Source of the DNA: the human T2T-CHM13v2.0 reference genome, Homo sapiens
Length of the DNA stretch: 64,000 bases
Reading direction: 5' to 3' (one strand)
Assembly: GCF_009914755.1 (NCBI RefSeq)
Contig: NC_060940.1
In this document: positions 13,701 through 27,588 of the stretch, one piece after another
How positions within the stretch are numbered: the first letter of the stretch is position 1
How the letters are laid out: the number at the start of each line of letters is the position of its first letter
Position numbers and translations under genes: made by a program
Notes under the pieces: model-generated
The model's input: the letters and a program-made list of their open reading frames with translations, nothing else
Told to the model about the DNA's origin: nothing
Database searches by the model: none

Positions 13701-16700
13701 GATTCCATTCGATGATGATTCCCTTTGATTCCATTCAAAGATGATTCCATTCTAGCCCATTCAATCATTCCATTCGATTCTATTCAATGATGATTCCATT
13801 CATGTCGATTTGGTGATTCCATTTGACTTCATTTGATGATGATTCCTTTCAAGTTCATTAGATGATTCTATTCGATTCCATTTGATGATGATCCCATTCG
13901 AGTCCATTCAGTGATTCCATTCGTTTCCATTCCATGATGATTCCATTCCATTCCATTCAATGATTCCATTCGATTCCGTTTGATGATGATTTCATTCGAG
14001 TCCATTTGATGATTCCATTTGATTCCATTCGATGATGATTCCATTCGAGTCCATTCGATGATTCTACTCGAATCCACTTCATGATTTCTTTTGATTATAG
14101 TTGGTGATGATTCCATTGGAGTCCATTCAATGATTCCATTCGATTCCAATCGATGGTGATTCCATTAGAGTCCATTTAATGATTCCATTTGATTCCAGTC
14201 TCTGATGATTACATTCGAGTCCATACGATGATTCCACTCAATTCCGTATGATGATGATTCCATTCGATTCCATTCGATGATTCCATTCTATTCTATTCAA
14301 TGGTGATTCCATTCGAGTACATTAGATGATTCCATTCGATTCCATTCAATGATGATTCTATTTGTGTCCCTTAGATGATTCCACATGATTCCATTAGATG
14401 ATGATACTATTTGAGCCCATCCAATGATTCCCTTCGATTCCATTCGATGACGATTCCATTCGATTCAATTCATTGGTGATTCTATTCAATTCAATTCTTT
14501 GATTCCATTCCATTCCATTCGACAATGATTCCATTCGATTTCTTTCGATGATTCCACTCGATTCCACTTGACATTGATTCCATTCCATTCCATTCAATGA
14601 TTCCATTTGATTCCAGTGGATGATGATTGCCATCGATTCCATTCGATCACTCCATTCTATTCCATTTGATGATGATTACATTCGATTCCATTTGATGATT
14701 CCATCTGATTCTATTCGAGGATTCCGTTTGATTCCTTTCGATGATGATTCCATTCGAGTCCATTCGATGATTTCATTCGAGTACATCCAATGATTCCATT
14801 CGAGTCCATTTGATGATTCCATTTGATTCCATTTGATAATGATTCTACTAGAGTCCATTCAATGACTCCATTGGAGTCCATTCAACAATTCCATTCGACT
14901 CCATTCGATGATTCCTTTCGAGTCCATTTAATCATTACAGTCGAGTCCATTTGGTGATTCCACCGGATTTCTTTTGATAGTGATATCATTCAATTACATT
15001 TGATGATGATCCCATTCAATTTCATTTGATGATGATTCCATTAGAGTCCATTCGATGATTTCATTCGAGTCCCTTCATTGATTCCATCCGATTTCATTGG
15101 ATGATGACTCCATTCGAGTCCATTCGATGATTCCAATCGATTCCATTAGATGATTCCATTGGAGTCCATTTGATTGTTCCATTCGATTCCATTCGATTCC
15201 TTTCGAAGATTATTCCATTTGAGTCCATTCGATGATGATTCCATTCCATTCCATTCGATGATTCCGTTTGATTCCATTCGATGATTCCCTTCGATTCCTT
15301 TCTTTGATGATTCCATTCCATTCCATTCAATGATTCCATTCGAATCTATTCCATGATGATTCCTTTCGATTCCATTCGCTGATGTTTCCGTTCAATTCCA
15401 TTCGATGATGATTCCATTCGATTCCATTCATTGAGGATTCCATTTGATTCCATTCAATGATGATTCCGTTCTATTCCATTCAATGATTGCATTCAATTCC
15501 ATTCAAAGATTATCCCCTTAGAGTAAACTCAACGATTCCATTCAATACCATTCGATGATGATTCCTTTTGAGTCCATTCAATGATTTCATTCAAGTCCAT
15601 TTGATGATTCCTTTCAATTCCATTCTATGATGATTCCATTCTAGACCATTCGATGATTCCATTCGATTGCATTCGATGATTCCATTATATTCCAGTCAAC
15701 GATGATTCCATTCGAGTCCATTCGATGATTCCATTAGAGTACATTTAATGATAGCTTTGTTTTCAATTCAAAGATGATTACATTGGATTCCATTCTATGA
15801 TACCATTCGATTCCATTCAATGATGATTCCACTCAAAACCATTGGATGATTCCATTCGTGTCCATTCGGTGATTTCATTAGATTCCATTCGAGGATGATT
15901 CCATTCGATTCCATTCGATGATTCCATTCAATTCCATTCGATGATGATTCCATTCGAGTCCATATGATCATTCCATTTGATTTCATTCGATGATGATTCC
16001 ATTCGATTCCATTCGATGATTCCATTCTATTCCATTCGATGATGATTCCATTCGAGTCCATTCGATGATTCCATTCGAGTCCATTTAATGATTCCATTGG
16101 GTTCAATTCAATGATGATTACATTGGATTCCTTTCTATGATTCCATTCAATTCCGTTCATTGACAATTTGATTCCATTCGATGATGATTCCATTTGAGTT
16201 CATTCGATGATTCTATTCGATTCTCTTCGATGGTGATTCAATTCTATTATATTGGATGATTCCATTCGATTCCATTTGATGTTGATTCAATTCGATTCTA
16301 TTCGATGATGATTCCATTGGATTTCACTTGATGATTCTATTCGATTCCATTCAATGATGATTCGCTTTTCGTCCATTGGATGATTCCATTTCATTCCATT
16401 CGATGATGATTCCATTCGATTCCATTCGATGATTCCATTCGATTCCATGCGACGGTGAGCAATTCGATTCAATTCCATGATGATTCTATTTGATTCAATT
16501 AGATGATGTTTCCATTCGAATCCATTCCATGATTATTCCATTGGAATCCATTCGGCGATGATTCCATATGAGTCAATTCAATGATGATTCCATATGGGTC
16601 CGTTCGATGATAATTCCATTTGATTTCATTCGATGCTTCTATTCAATTCCAGTCGATGATGATTCCGTTGGAGTCCATACGATGATTCCATTTGGTTTCA

Positions 16701-16864
16701 TTTGATGATGATTCCATTCGATGATGATTACATTGGATTCCATTCTATGATTCCATTCAATTCCATTCGTTGATGATTCGATTCCATTCAATGATGATTC
16801 CATTTGAGTTCATTCGATGATTCTATTCGATTCCGTTCGATGGTGATTCAATTCTATTATATTG
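10776..16864 (+). repeat. 6089-bp unit: core B (10776-13055) + full-length arm E (13056-16864)
   Basis: ORF offsets 10911/17000 and 11409/17498 both equal 6089. E begins aattccattctccgatgatttctttttgagccc. Confidence 0.9.
16491..16501 (-). promoter_or_regulatory. DUX4-type binding motif TAATTGAATCA
   Basis: + strand TGATTCAATTA at the homologous position of arm E. Confidence 0.55.
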
Positions 16865-18369
16865 GATGATTCCACTCGATTCCATTTGATGATTATTCCA
16901 TTGGAGTCCACTTAGTGAATCCTTTAGATTCTACTCGAAGATGATTCCATTCGAGTCCATTCGATGATACCATTCAATTCCATTCGTTGATGCTTCCATT
17001 CAAGTGCATTCGATGATATCATTCGATTCCATTTGATGATAATTCCATTTGATTCTATGCGATGATTCTATTCGATTCCATTCAATGATAATTCCATTCA
17101 ATTCAGTGATTCCTCTGGACTCCATTTGATGATGATTCCATTCAATGATTCCATTCGATTCTATTCCAAAATGATTCCATTTGAATCCATTTGATGATGA
17201 TTCCATTAGATTACATTTGATGATTCCATTCGATTCCATTCGACGATGATTCCATTCGATTCCGTTTGATGATTCCATTCTATTCTATTCGATGATGATT
17301 CCATTCGATTCCATTCGATGATGATTGGATTCGATTCCATTTGATGATTTCATTTGATTCCATTCGTTAATGATTTCGATCAACTCCATTCGATGATTCC
17401 ATTTAATTCCATTCGATAATGATTACATCCGAGTCCATTCGATGATTCCATTTGAGCCCTTTCGATAATTCCATTTGAGTCCAATCAATGATTCCATTCA
17501 TTTCCATTCAATGATTCCATTCGAGTCCATTTGATCATTCTGGTAGGGTCCGTTCGATGTTGATTCCATTAGAGTGCATTCGATGATTCCATTCGAGTCC
17601 ATTTTATGATTTGATTCGAGTCCTTTCGATGATTCCTTTCGATTCCACTCGATGATGATTTCATTCGAGTCCATTCGACACTTCCAATCGATTGCATTTG
17701 ATGTTTCCATTCGAGTCCAATTGATGATTCCATTCAATTCCATTCGATGATGATTCCGTACGATTCCATTCTGTGATGATTCCATGTGATTGCATTCAAT
17801 GATGATTCCTTTCGATTGCATTCGATTATGATTCATTTCGTGTTCATTCTATGGTTCCACAGGTTTCCATTCGATGACGTTTCCATTCGTGTCCATTCCA
17901 TTATTCCATTCTATTTCATTTGATGATGATTCCATTCGATTCCATTCATTGGTGATTCCACTCAATTCCATTCAATGATTCCATTCCATTTCTTTCAACA
18001 ATGATTCCATTAGTTTCTATTCGATGATCCACTTGATTCCATTTGGCGATGATTCCATTCGTGTCCATTCGATGATTCCATTTGATTCCATATGATGATG
18101 ATTCCATTCGATTCCATACCATGATGATTCCATTCGAGTCCATTCAATGGTGATTCCATTCAATTCCATTCGATGATTCCTTCCGATTCCATTCGATGAT
18201 GATGGCATTCGATTCCTTTCAATCATTCCCTTTGATTCCATTCAAAGGTGATTTCATTCAAGTCCATTCGATAATTGCATTCGATTCCATTCTATGATGA
18301 TTCCATTCGAGTCCATTTGATGATTCCATTCAATTCAAGTCAATGATGATTCCATTCGATTGCACTCAA

Positions 18370-20565
18370 TGATTCCATTGGATTCCATTCGATGATGATT
18401 CCATTCAAATCCATTCGATAATTCAATTCAAGTCCATTCGATGATGATTCCAATCGAATCCATTCAAAGATTCCATTCAATTCCATTCGATAATGATTCC
18501 CTTAGATTCCATTCGATGATTCCACTTGATTCCATTTACGATGATTCCATTCGATTCCATGTGATGAATCCATTCAATTCTATTCAATGATGTTTCCATT
18601 TGATTCCATTGGACCATGATTGCCTTTGATTCCATTCAATGATTCCATTCTGTTCCATTTGATGATGATTCCGTTCGATTCCATTTCATTATTCCATTTG
18701 ATTCCATTGGATGAGTCCATTCGATTACATTCGATGATTATTCCATTCGAGTGCATTAGATGATTGCATTCGAGTCCATTCGATGATTCCATTCGATTCC
18801 ATTCGATGTTGATTCTGTTCAAATCCATTCGATGATTCCACTCGATTCCATTCGATGACTCCATTTGATCCCATTCGATGATTTCCTGTGATTCCCTTTG
18901 ATGATCATTCTATTTGATTCAATTCGGTGATTTCATTTCATTCCATTCAGTGATGTTTCCATTCGACTGTATTCCATGATGATTCCATTCGACTCCATTC
19001 GATTATGATTTCATTCAATTCCATTCAATAATGATTCCCTTCGAGTCCATTCGATGATTCCATTCGATTCCATTCAACGATGATTTGATTCGTTTCCATT
19101 CGATGATTCCATTGGATTCCATTCGATGATGATTCCATTCAAATCCATTCGATAATTCAATACAAGTCCATTCAATGATGATTCCAATCGAATCCATTCA
19201 AAGATTCCATTCAGTTCCATTCGATGATTCCCTTAGATTTCATTCGATGATTCCACTTGATTCCATTTACGATGATTCCATTCGATTCCATGTGATGATT
19301 CCATTCAATTCTATTCAATGATGTTTCCATTTGATTCCATTCGACCATGATTGCCTTTGATTCCATTCAATGATTCCATTCGTTTCCTTTTGATGATGAT
19401 TCCGTTCGATTCCATTTGATGATTCCATTTGATTCCATTGGATGAGTCCATTCGATTACATTCGATGATTATTCCATTCGAGTGCATTAGATGATTCCAT
19501 TCGAGTCCATTCGATGATTCCATTCGATTCCATTCGATGTTGATTCTGTTCAAATCCATTCGATGATTCCACTCGATTCCATTCGATGACTCCATTTGAT
19601 CCCATTCGATGATTTCCTGTGATTCCCTTTGATGATCATTCTATTTGATTCAATTCGGTGATTTCATTTCATTCCATTCAGTGATGTTTCCATTCGACTG
19701 TATTCCATGATGATTCCATTCGACTCCATTCGATTATGATTTCATTCAATTCCATTCAATAATGATTCCCTTCGAGTCCATTCGATGATTCCATTCGATT
19801 CCATTCAACGATGATTTGATTCGTTTCCATTCGATGATTCCATTGGATTCCATTCGATGATGATTCCATTCAAATCCATTCGATAATTCAATACAAGTCC
19901 ATTCAATGATGATTCCAATCGAATCCATTCAAAGATTCCATTCAGTTCCATTCGATGATTCCCTTAGATTTCATTCGATGATTCCACTTGATTCCATTTA
20001 CGATGATTCCATTCGATTCCATGTGATGATTCCATTCAATTCTATTCAATGATGTTTCCATTTGATTCCATTCGACCATGATTGCCTTTGATTCCATTCA
20101 ATGATTCCATTCGTTTCCTTTTGATGATGATTCCGTTCGAGTCCATTTGATGATTCCATTTGATTCCATTGGATGAGTCCATTCGATTACATTCGATGAT
20201 TATTCCATTCGAGTGCATTAGATGATTGCATTCGAGTCCATTCGATGATTCCATTCGATTCCATTCGATGTTGATTCTGTTCAAATCCATTTGATGATTC
20301 CACTCGATTCCATTCGATGACTCCATTTGATCCCATTCGATGATTTCCTGTGATTCCCTTTGATGATCATTCCATTTGATTCAATTCGGTGATTTCACTT
20401 GATTCCATTCAGTGACGTTTCCATTCGACTCCATTCGATGATGATTCCATTCGACTCCATTCGATTATGATTTCATTCAATTCCATTCGATAATGATTCC
20501 CTTCGAGTCCATTCGATGATTCCATTCGATTCCATTCAACGATGATTTGATTCGTGTCCATTCGA
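18370..20565 (+). repeat. Three tandem copies of a ~731-bp segment from the 3' end of core B
   Basis: ORF starts 18580/19311/20042 and 19015/19746 are spaced exactly 731 bp. The landmark gatttcctgtgattccc occurs three times. Confidence 0.92.
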
Positions 20566-21482
20566 TGATTCCATTTGATTCCACTTGATGATGATTCCAT
20601 TCGAGTCCATTTGATGATTCCATTCAATTCCATTCTCCGATGATTTCTTTTGAGCCCATTCAATGCTTCCACTCGATTCCATATGATGATGACTCCATTC
20701 GATGAAATTCGATGATGATTCCATTCGCTTGCGTTCGATGATGATTCCACTTGAGTCCGTTAGAAGATTCTATTCAAATACATTCCAGGACGATTCCGTT
20801 CGAGTCCATTTGATGATTCCATTAGACTCCATTCGACGATGATTCCATTCGATGTTATTCGATGATTCCATTCGATCTCATTCGATGATGATTCCATTCA
20901 ACTCCATTCGATGTTTCCATTCGAGTTCATTCTATTATTCCATTAGATTCCATTCGATGATGATTCCATTCGATTCCATTTGATGATTGCATTCTATTTC
21001 ATTTGATGATGATTCCATTCGAGTCCACTCGATGATTCCATTCGAGTCCATTTAATGAATCCATTGGTTTCAATTCTATGATGATTACATTGGATTCCAT
21101 TCGTTGATGATTTCATTCGGTTCCATTCAATGATGATTCCATTCAATTCCTTTCAATGTTTCCATTCAATTCCATACGATGATGATTCCATTTGATTTGA
21201 TTCGACAGTGAGCCATTCGATTCAATTCCATGATGATTCTATTTTATTCAATTGGTTGACATTTCCATTCGATTCCATTCGATGATGATTCCCTTTGATT
21301 CCATTCAAAGATGATTCCATTCTAGCCCATTCAATCATTCCATTCGATTCTATTCAATGATGATTCCATTCATGTCGATTTGGTGATTCCATTTGACTTC
21401 ATTTGATGATGATTCCTTTCAAGTTCATTAGATGATTCCATTCGATTCCATTTGATGATGATACCATTCGAGTCCATTCAGT

Positions 21483-21678
21483 GATTCCATTCGTTTCCAT
21501 TCCATGATGATTCCATTCCATTCCATTCAATGATTCCATTCGATTCCGTTTGATGATGATTTCATTCGAGTCCATTTGATGATTCCATTCGTTTCCATTC
21601 CATGATGATTCCATTCCATTCCATTCAATGATTCCATTCGATTCCGTTTGGTGATGATTTCATTCGAGTCCATTTGAT
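21483..21678 (+). repeat. 98-bp direct tandem duplication inside arm E
   Basis: cgtttccattccatgatgattccattccattccattcaatgattccattcgattccgtttg occurs at 21492 and 21590; it is single or absent in other E copies. Confidence 0.85.
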
Positions 21679-21963
21679 GATTCCATTCGATTCCATTCGA
21701 TGATGATGCCATTCGAGTCCATTCGATGATTCTATTCGAATCCACTTGATGATTTCTTTTGATTATAGTTGGTGATGATTCCATTGGAGTCCATTCAATG
21801 ATTCCATTTGATTCCAATCGATGGTGATTCCATTAGAGTCCATTTAATGATTCCATTTGATTCCAGTCTCTGATGATTACATTCGAGTCCATACGATGAT
21901 TCCACTCAATTCCATATGATGATGATTCCATTCGATTCCATTCGATGATTCCATTCTATTCTA

Positions 21964-24900
21964 ATCGATGATGATTCCATTCGATTCCATTCGATGATGA
22001 TTGGATTCGATTCCATTTGATGATTTCATTTGATTCCATTCGTTAATGATTTCGATCAACTCCATTCGATGATTCCATTTGATTCCATTCGATAATGATT
22101 ACATCCGAGTCCATTCAATGATTCCATTTGAGCCCGTTCGATAATTCCATTTGAGTCCAATCAATCATTCCATTCATTTCCATTCAATGATTCCATTCGA
22201 GTCCATTTGATCATTCTTGTAGGGTCCGTTCGAAGTTGATTCCATTAGAGTGCATTCGATGATTAAATTCGAGTCCATTTTATGATTTGATTCGAGTCCT
22301 TTCGATGAATCCATTCGATTCCACTCGATGATGATTTCATTCGAGTCCATTCGACACTTCCAATCGATTCCATTTGATGTTTCCATTCGAGTCCAATTGA
22401 TGATTCAATTCCATTCGATGATGATTCCGTACGATTCCATTCTGTGATGATTCCATGTGATTGCATTCAATGATGATTCCTTTCGATTGCATTCGATTGT
22501 GATTCATTTCGTGTTCATTCTATGGTTCCACAGGTTTCCATTCGTGTCCATTCCATTATTCCATTCTATTCCATTTCATGATGATTCCATTCGATTCCAT
22601 TCATTGGTGATTCCACTCAATTCCATTCAATGATTCCATTCCATTTCTTTCAACAATGATTCCATTAGTTTCTAATCGATGATCCACTTGATTCCATTTG
22701 ATGACGATTCCATTCTTGTCCATTCGATGATTCCATTTGATTCCATATGATGATGATTCCATTCGATTCCATACGATGATGATTCCATTCGAGTCCATTC
22801 AATGGTGATTCCATTCAATTCCATTCCATGATTCCTTTTGATTCCATTCGATGATGATGGCATTCGATTCCTTTCAATCATTCCCTTTGATTCCATTCAA
22901 AGGTGATTTCATTCAAGTCCATTCGATAATTGCATTCGATTCCATTCTATGATGATTCCATTCGAGTGCATTTGATGATTCCATTCAATTCAAGTCAATG
23001 ATGATTCCATTCGATTCCATTCAATGATTCCATTGGATTCCATTCGATGATGATTCCATTCAAATCCATTCGATAATTCAATTCAAGTCCATTCGATGAT
23101 GATTCCAATCGAATCCATTCAAAGATTCCATTCAGTTCCATTCGATGATAACCTTAGATTCCATTCGATGATTCCACTTGTTTCCATTTACGATGATTCC
23201 ATTCGATTCCAGGTGATGATTCCATTCAATTCTATTCAATGATGTCTCCATTTGATTCCATTCGACCATGATTGCCTTTGCTTCCATTCAATGTTTCCAT
23301 TCGGTTCCTTTTGATGATAATTCCGTTCGATTCCATTTGATGATTCCATTTGATTCCATTGGATGAGTCCATTCGATTACATTCGATGATTATTCCATTT
23401 GAGTGCATTAGATGATTTCATTCGAGTCCATTCGATGATTCCATTCGATTCCATTCGATGTTGATTCTGTTCAAGTCCATTCGATGATTCCACTGGATTC
23501 CATTCGAGGACTCCAGTTGATCCCATTCGATGATTTCCTTTGATTCCCTTTGATGATCATTCCATTTGATACAATTCGGTGATTTCATTTGATTCCATTC
23601 AGTGATGTTTCCATTCGACTCCATTCGATGATGATTCCATTCGACTCCATTCGATTATGATTTCATTCAATTCCATTCGATAATGATTCCCTTCGAGTCC
23701 ATTCGATGATTCCATTCGATTCCATTCAACGATGATTTGATTCGTGTCCATTCGATGATTCCATTTGATTCCAGTTGATGATGATTCCATTCGAGTCCAT
23801 TTGATGATTCCATTCAATACCATTCTCCGATGATTTCTTTTGAGCCCACTCAATGCTTCCACTCGATTCCATATGATGATGACTCCATTCGATGAAATTC
23901 GATGATGATTCCATTCGCTTGCTTTCGATGATGATTCCACTTGAGTCCGTTAGAAGATTCTATTCAATTACATTCCATGACGATTCCGTTCGAGTCCATT
24001 TGATGATTCCATTAGACTCCATTCGACGATGATTCCATTCGATGTTATTCGATGATTCCATTCGATCTCATTCGATGATGATTCCATTCAACTCCATTCG
24101 ATGTTTCCATTCGAGTTCATTCTATTATTCCATTAGATTCCATTCGATGATGATTCCATTCGATTCCGTTTGATGATTCCATTCTATTTCATTTGATGAT
24201 GATTCCATTCGAGTCCACTCAATGATTCCCTTCGAGTCCATTTAATGAATCCATTGTTTTCAATTCTATGATTATTACACTGGATTCCATTCGTTGATGA
24301 TTTCATTCGGTTCCATTCAATGATGATTCCATTCAATTCCTTTCAATGTTTCCATTCAATTCCATACGATGATGATTCCATTTGATTTGATTCGACAGTG
24401 AGCCATTCGATTCAATTCCATGATGATTCTATTTTATTCAATTGGTTGACATTTCCATTCGATTCCATTCGATGATGATTCCCTTTGATTCCATTCAAAG
24501 ATGATTCCATTCTAGCCCATTCAATCATTCCATTCGATTCTATTCAATGATGATTCCATTCATGTCGATTTGGTGATTCCATTTGACTTCATTTGATGAT
24601 GATTCCTTTCAAGTTCATTAGATGATTCCATTCGATTCCATTTGATGATGATTCCATTCCATTCCATTCAATGATTCCATTCGATTCCGTTTGATGATGA
24701 TTTCATTCGAGTCCATTTGATGATTCCATTTGATTCCATTCGATGATCATTCCTTTCGAGTCCATTCGATGATTCTATTCGAATCCATTTGATGATTACT
24801 TTTGATTATATTTGGTGATGATTCCATTGTAGTCCATTCAATGATTCCATTCGATTCCAATCGATGATGATTCCATTAGAGTCCATTTAATGATTCCATT

Positions 24901-27588
24901 TGATTCCAGTCTCTGATGATTACATTCGAGTCCATACGATGATTCCACTCAATTCCATATGATGATGATTCCATTCGATTCCATTCGATGATTCCATTCT
25001 ATTCTATTCAATGGTGATTCCATTCGAGTACATTAGATGATTCCATTCGATTCCATTCAATGATGATTCTATTTGTGTCCCTTAGATGGTTCCACATGAT
25101 TCCATTACATGATGATACTATTTGAGCCCATCCAATGATTCCCTTCGATTCCATTCGATGAGGATTCCATTCGATTCAATTCATTGGTGATTCTATTCAA
25201 TTCAATTCTTTGATTCCATTCCATTCCATTCGACAATGATTCCATTCGATTTCTTTCGATGATTCCACTCGATTCCACTTGACATTGATTCCATTCGATT
25301 CCATTCAATGATTCCGTTTGATTCCAGTGGATGATGATTGCCATCGATTCCATTCGATCACTCCATTCTATTCCATTTGATGATGATTACATTCGATTCC
25401 ATTTGATGATTCCATCTGATTCTATTCGAGGATTCCATTTGATTCCATTCGATGATGATTCCATTCGAGTCCATTCGATGATTTCATTCGAGTACATCCA
25501 ATGATTCCATTCGAGTCCATTTGATGATTCCATTTGATTCCATTTGATTATGATTCTACTAGAGTCCATTCAATGACTCCATTCGAATCCATTCAACAAT
25601 TCCATTCGAGTCCATTCGATGATTCCATTTCATGATTCCATTCGAGTCCATTTAATCATTACAGTCAAGTCCGTTTGGTGATTCCACTGGATTTCTTTTG
25701 ATAATGATACCATTCTATTACATTTGATGAAGATCCCATTCAATTTCATTTGATGGTGATTCCATTAGAGTCCATTCGATGATTTCATTCGAGTCCCTTC
25801 ATTGATTCCATCCGATTTCATTTGATGATGACTCCATTCGAGTTCATTCGATGATTCCACTCGATTCCATTAGATGATTCCATTGGAGTCCATTTCATTG
25901 TTCCATTCGATTCCATTCGATTCCTTTCGAAGATTATTCCATTTGAGGCCATTCGATGATGATTCCATTCCATTCCATTCGATGATTCCGTTTGATTCCG
26001 TTCGATGATTCCCTTCAATTCCTTTCTTTGATGATTCCATTCCATTCCATTCAATGATTCCATTCGAATCTATTCCATGATGATTCCTTGCGATTCCATT
26101 CGCTGATGTTTCCATTCAATTCCATTCCATGATGATTCCATTCGATTCCATTCATTGAGGATTCCATTTGATTCCATTAAATGATGATTCCGTTCTATTC
26201 CATTCAATGATTGCATTCAATTCCATTCAATGATTATCCCCTTAGAGTAAACTCAACGATTCCATTCAATACCATTCGATGATGATTCCTTTTGAGTCCA
26301 TTCAATGATTTCATTCAAGTCCATTTGATGATTCCTTTCAATTCCATTCTATGATGATTCCATTCGAGTCCATTCGATGATTCCATTCAATTGCATTCGA
26401 TGATTCCATTATATTCCAGTCAACGATGATTCCATTCGAGTCCATTCGATGATTCCATTAGAGTACATTTAATGATTGCTTTGTTTTCAATTCGAAGATG
26501 ATTACATTGGATTCCATTCTATGATACCATTCGATTCCATTCAATGATGATTCCACTCAAATCCATTGGATGATTCCATTCGTGTCCGTTCGGTGATTTC
26601 ATTAGATTCCATTCGAGGATGATTCCATTCGATTCCATTCGATGATTCCATTCAATTCCATTCGATGATGATTCCATTCCAGTCCATATGATCATTCCAT
26701 TTGATTTCATTCGATGATGATTCCATTCGATTCCATTCGATGATTCCATTCTATTCCATTCGATGATGATTCCATTCGAGTCCATTCGATGATTCCATTC
26801 GAGTCCATTTAATGATTCCATTGGGTTCAATTCAATGATGATTACATTGGATTCCGTTCTATGATACCATTCAATTCCGTTCATTGACAATTTGATTCCA
26901 TTCGATGATGATTCCATTTGAGTTCATTCGATGATTCTATTCGATTCTCTTCGATGGTGATTCAATTCTATTATATTGGATGATTCCATTCGATTCCATT
27001 TGATGTTGATTCAATTCGATTCTATTCGATGATGATTCCATTGGATTTCACTTGATGATTCTATTCGATTTCATTCAATGATGATTCACTTCTCGTCCAT
27101 TGTATGATTCCATTTCATTCCATTCGATGATGATTCCATTCGATTCCTTTCGATGATTCCATTTGATTCCATGCGACGGTGAGCAATTCGATTCAATTCC
27201 ATGATGATTCTATTTGATTCAATTAGATGATGTTTCTATTCGAATCCATTCCATGATTATTCCATTGGAATCCATTCGGCGATGATTCCATATGAGTCAA
27301 TTCAATGATGATTCCATATGGGTCCGTTCGATGATAATTCCATTTGATTTCATTCGATGCTTCTATTCTATTCCAGTCGATGATGACTCCGTTGGAGTCC
27401 ATACGATGATTCCATTTGATTTCATTTGATGATGATTCCATTCGATGATGATTACATTGGATTCCATTCTATGATTCCATTCAATTCCATTCGTTGATGA
27501 TTCGATTCCATTCAATGATGATTCCATTTGAGTTCATTCGATGATTCTACTCGATTCCGTTCGATGGTGATTCAATTCTATTATATTG
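21964..27588 (+). repeat. 5'-truncated core B + complete arm E (23816-27588), relatively diverged copy
   Basis: Starts just before gatgattggattcg. ORF offset 20409/23599 = 3190. There is a 49-bp deletion at ~24650. Confidence 0.85.
27215..27225 (-). promoter_or_regulatory. DUX4-type binding motif TAATTGAATCA
   Basis: + strand TGATTCAATTA at the homologous position of arm E. Confidence 0.55.

Larger units (their letters stand above)
16865..21963 (+). repeat. Core B with internal triplication followed by a truncated arm E (20626-21963)
   Basis: B landmarks (ccacttagtgaatcc, ggttccacaggtttcc), then E landmarks up to ccagtctctgatg, then a jump back into B. Confidence 0.85.
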
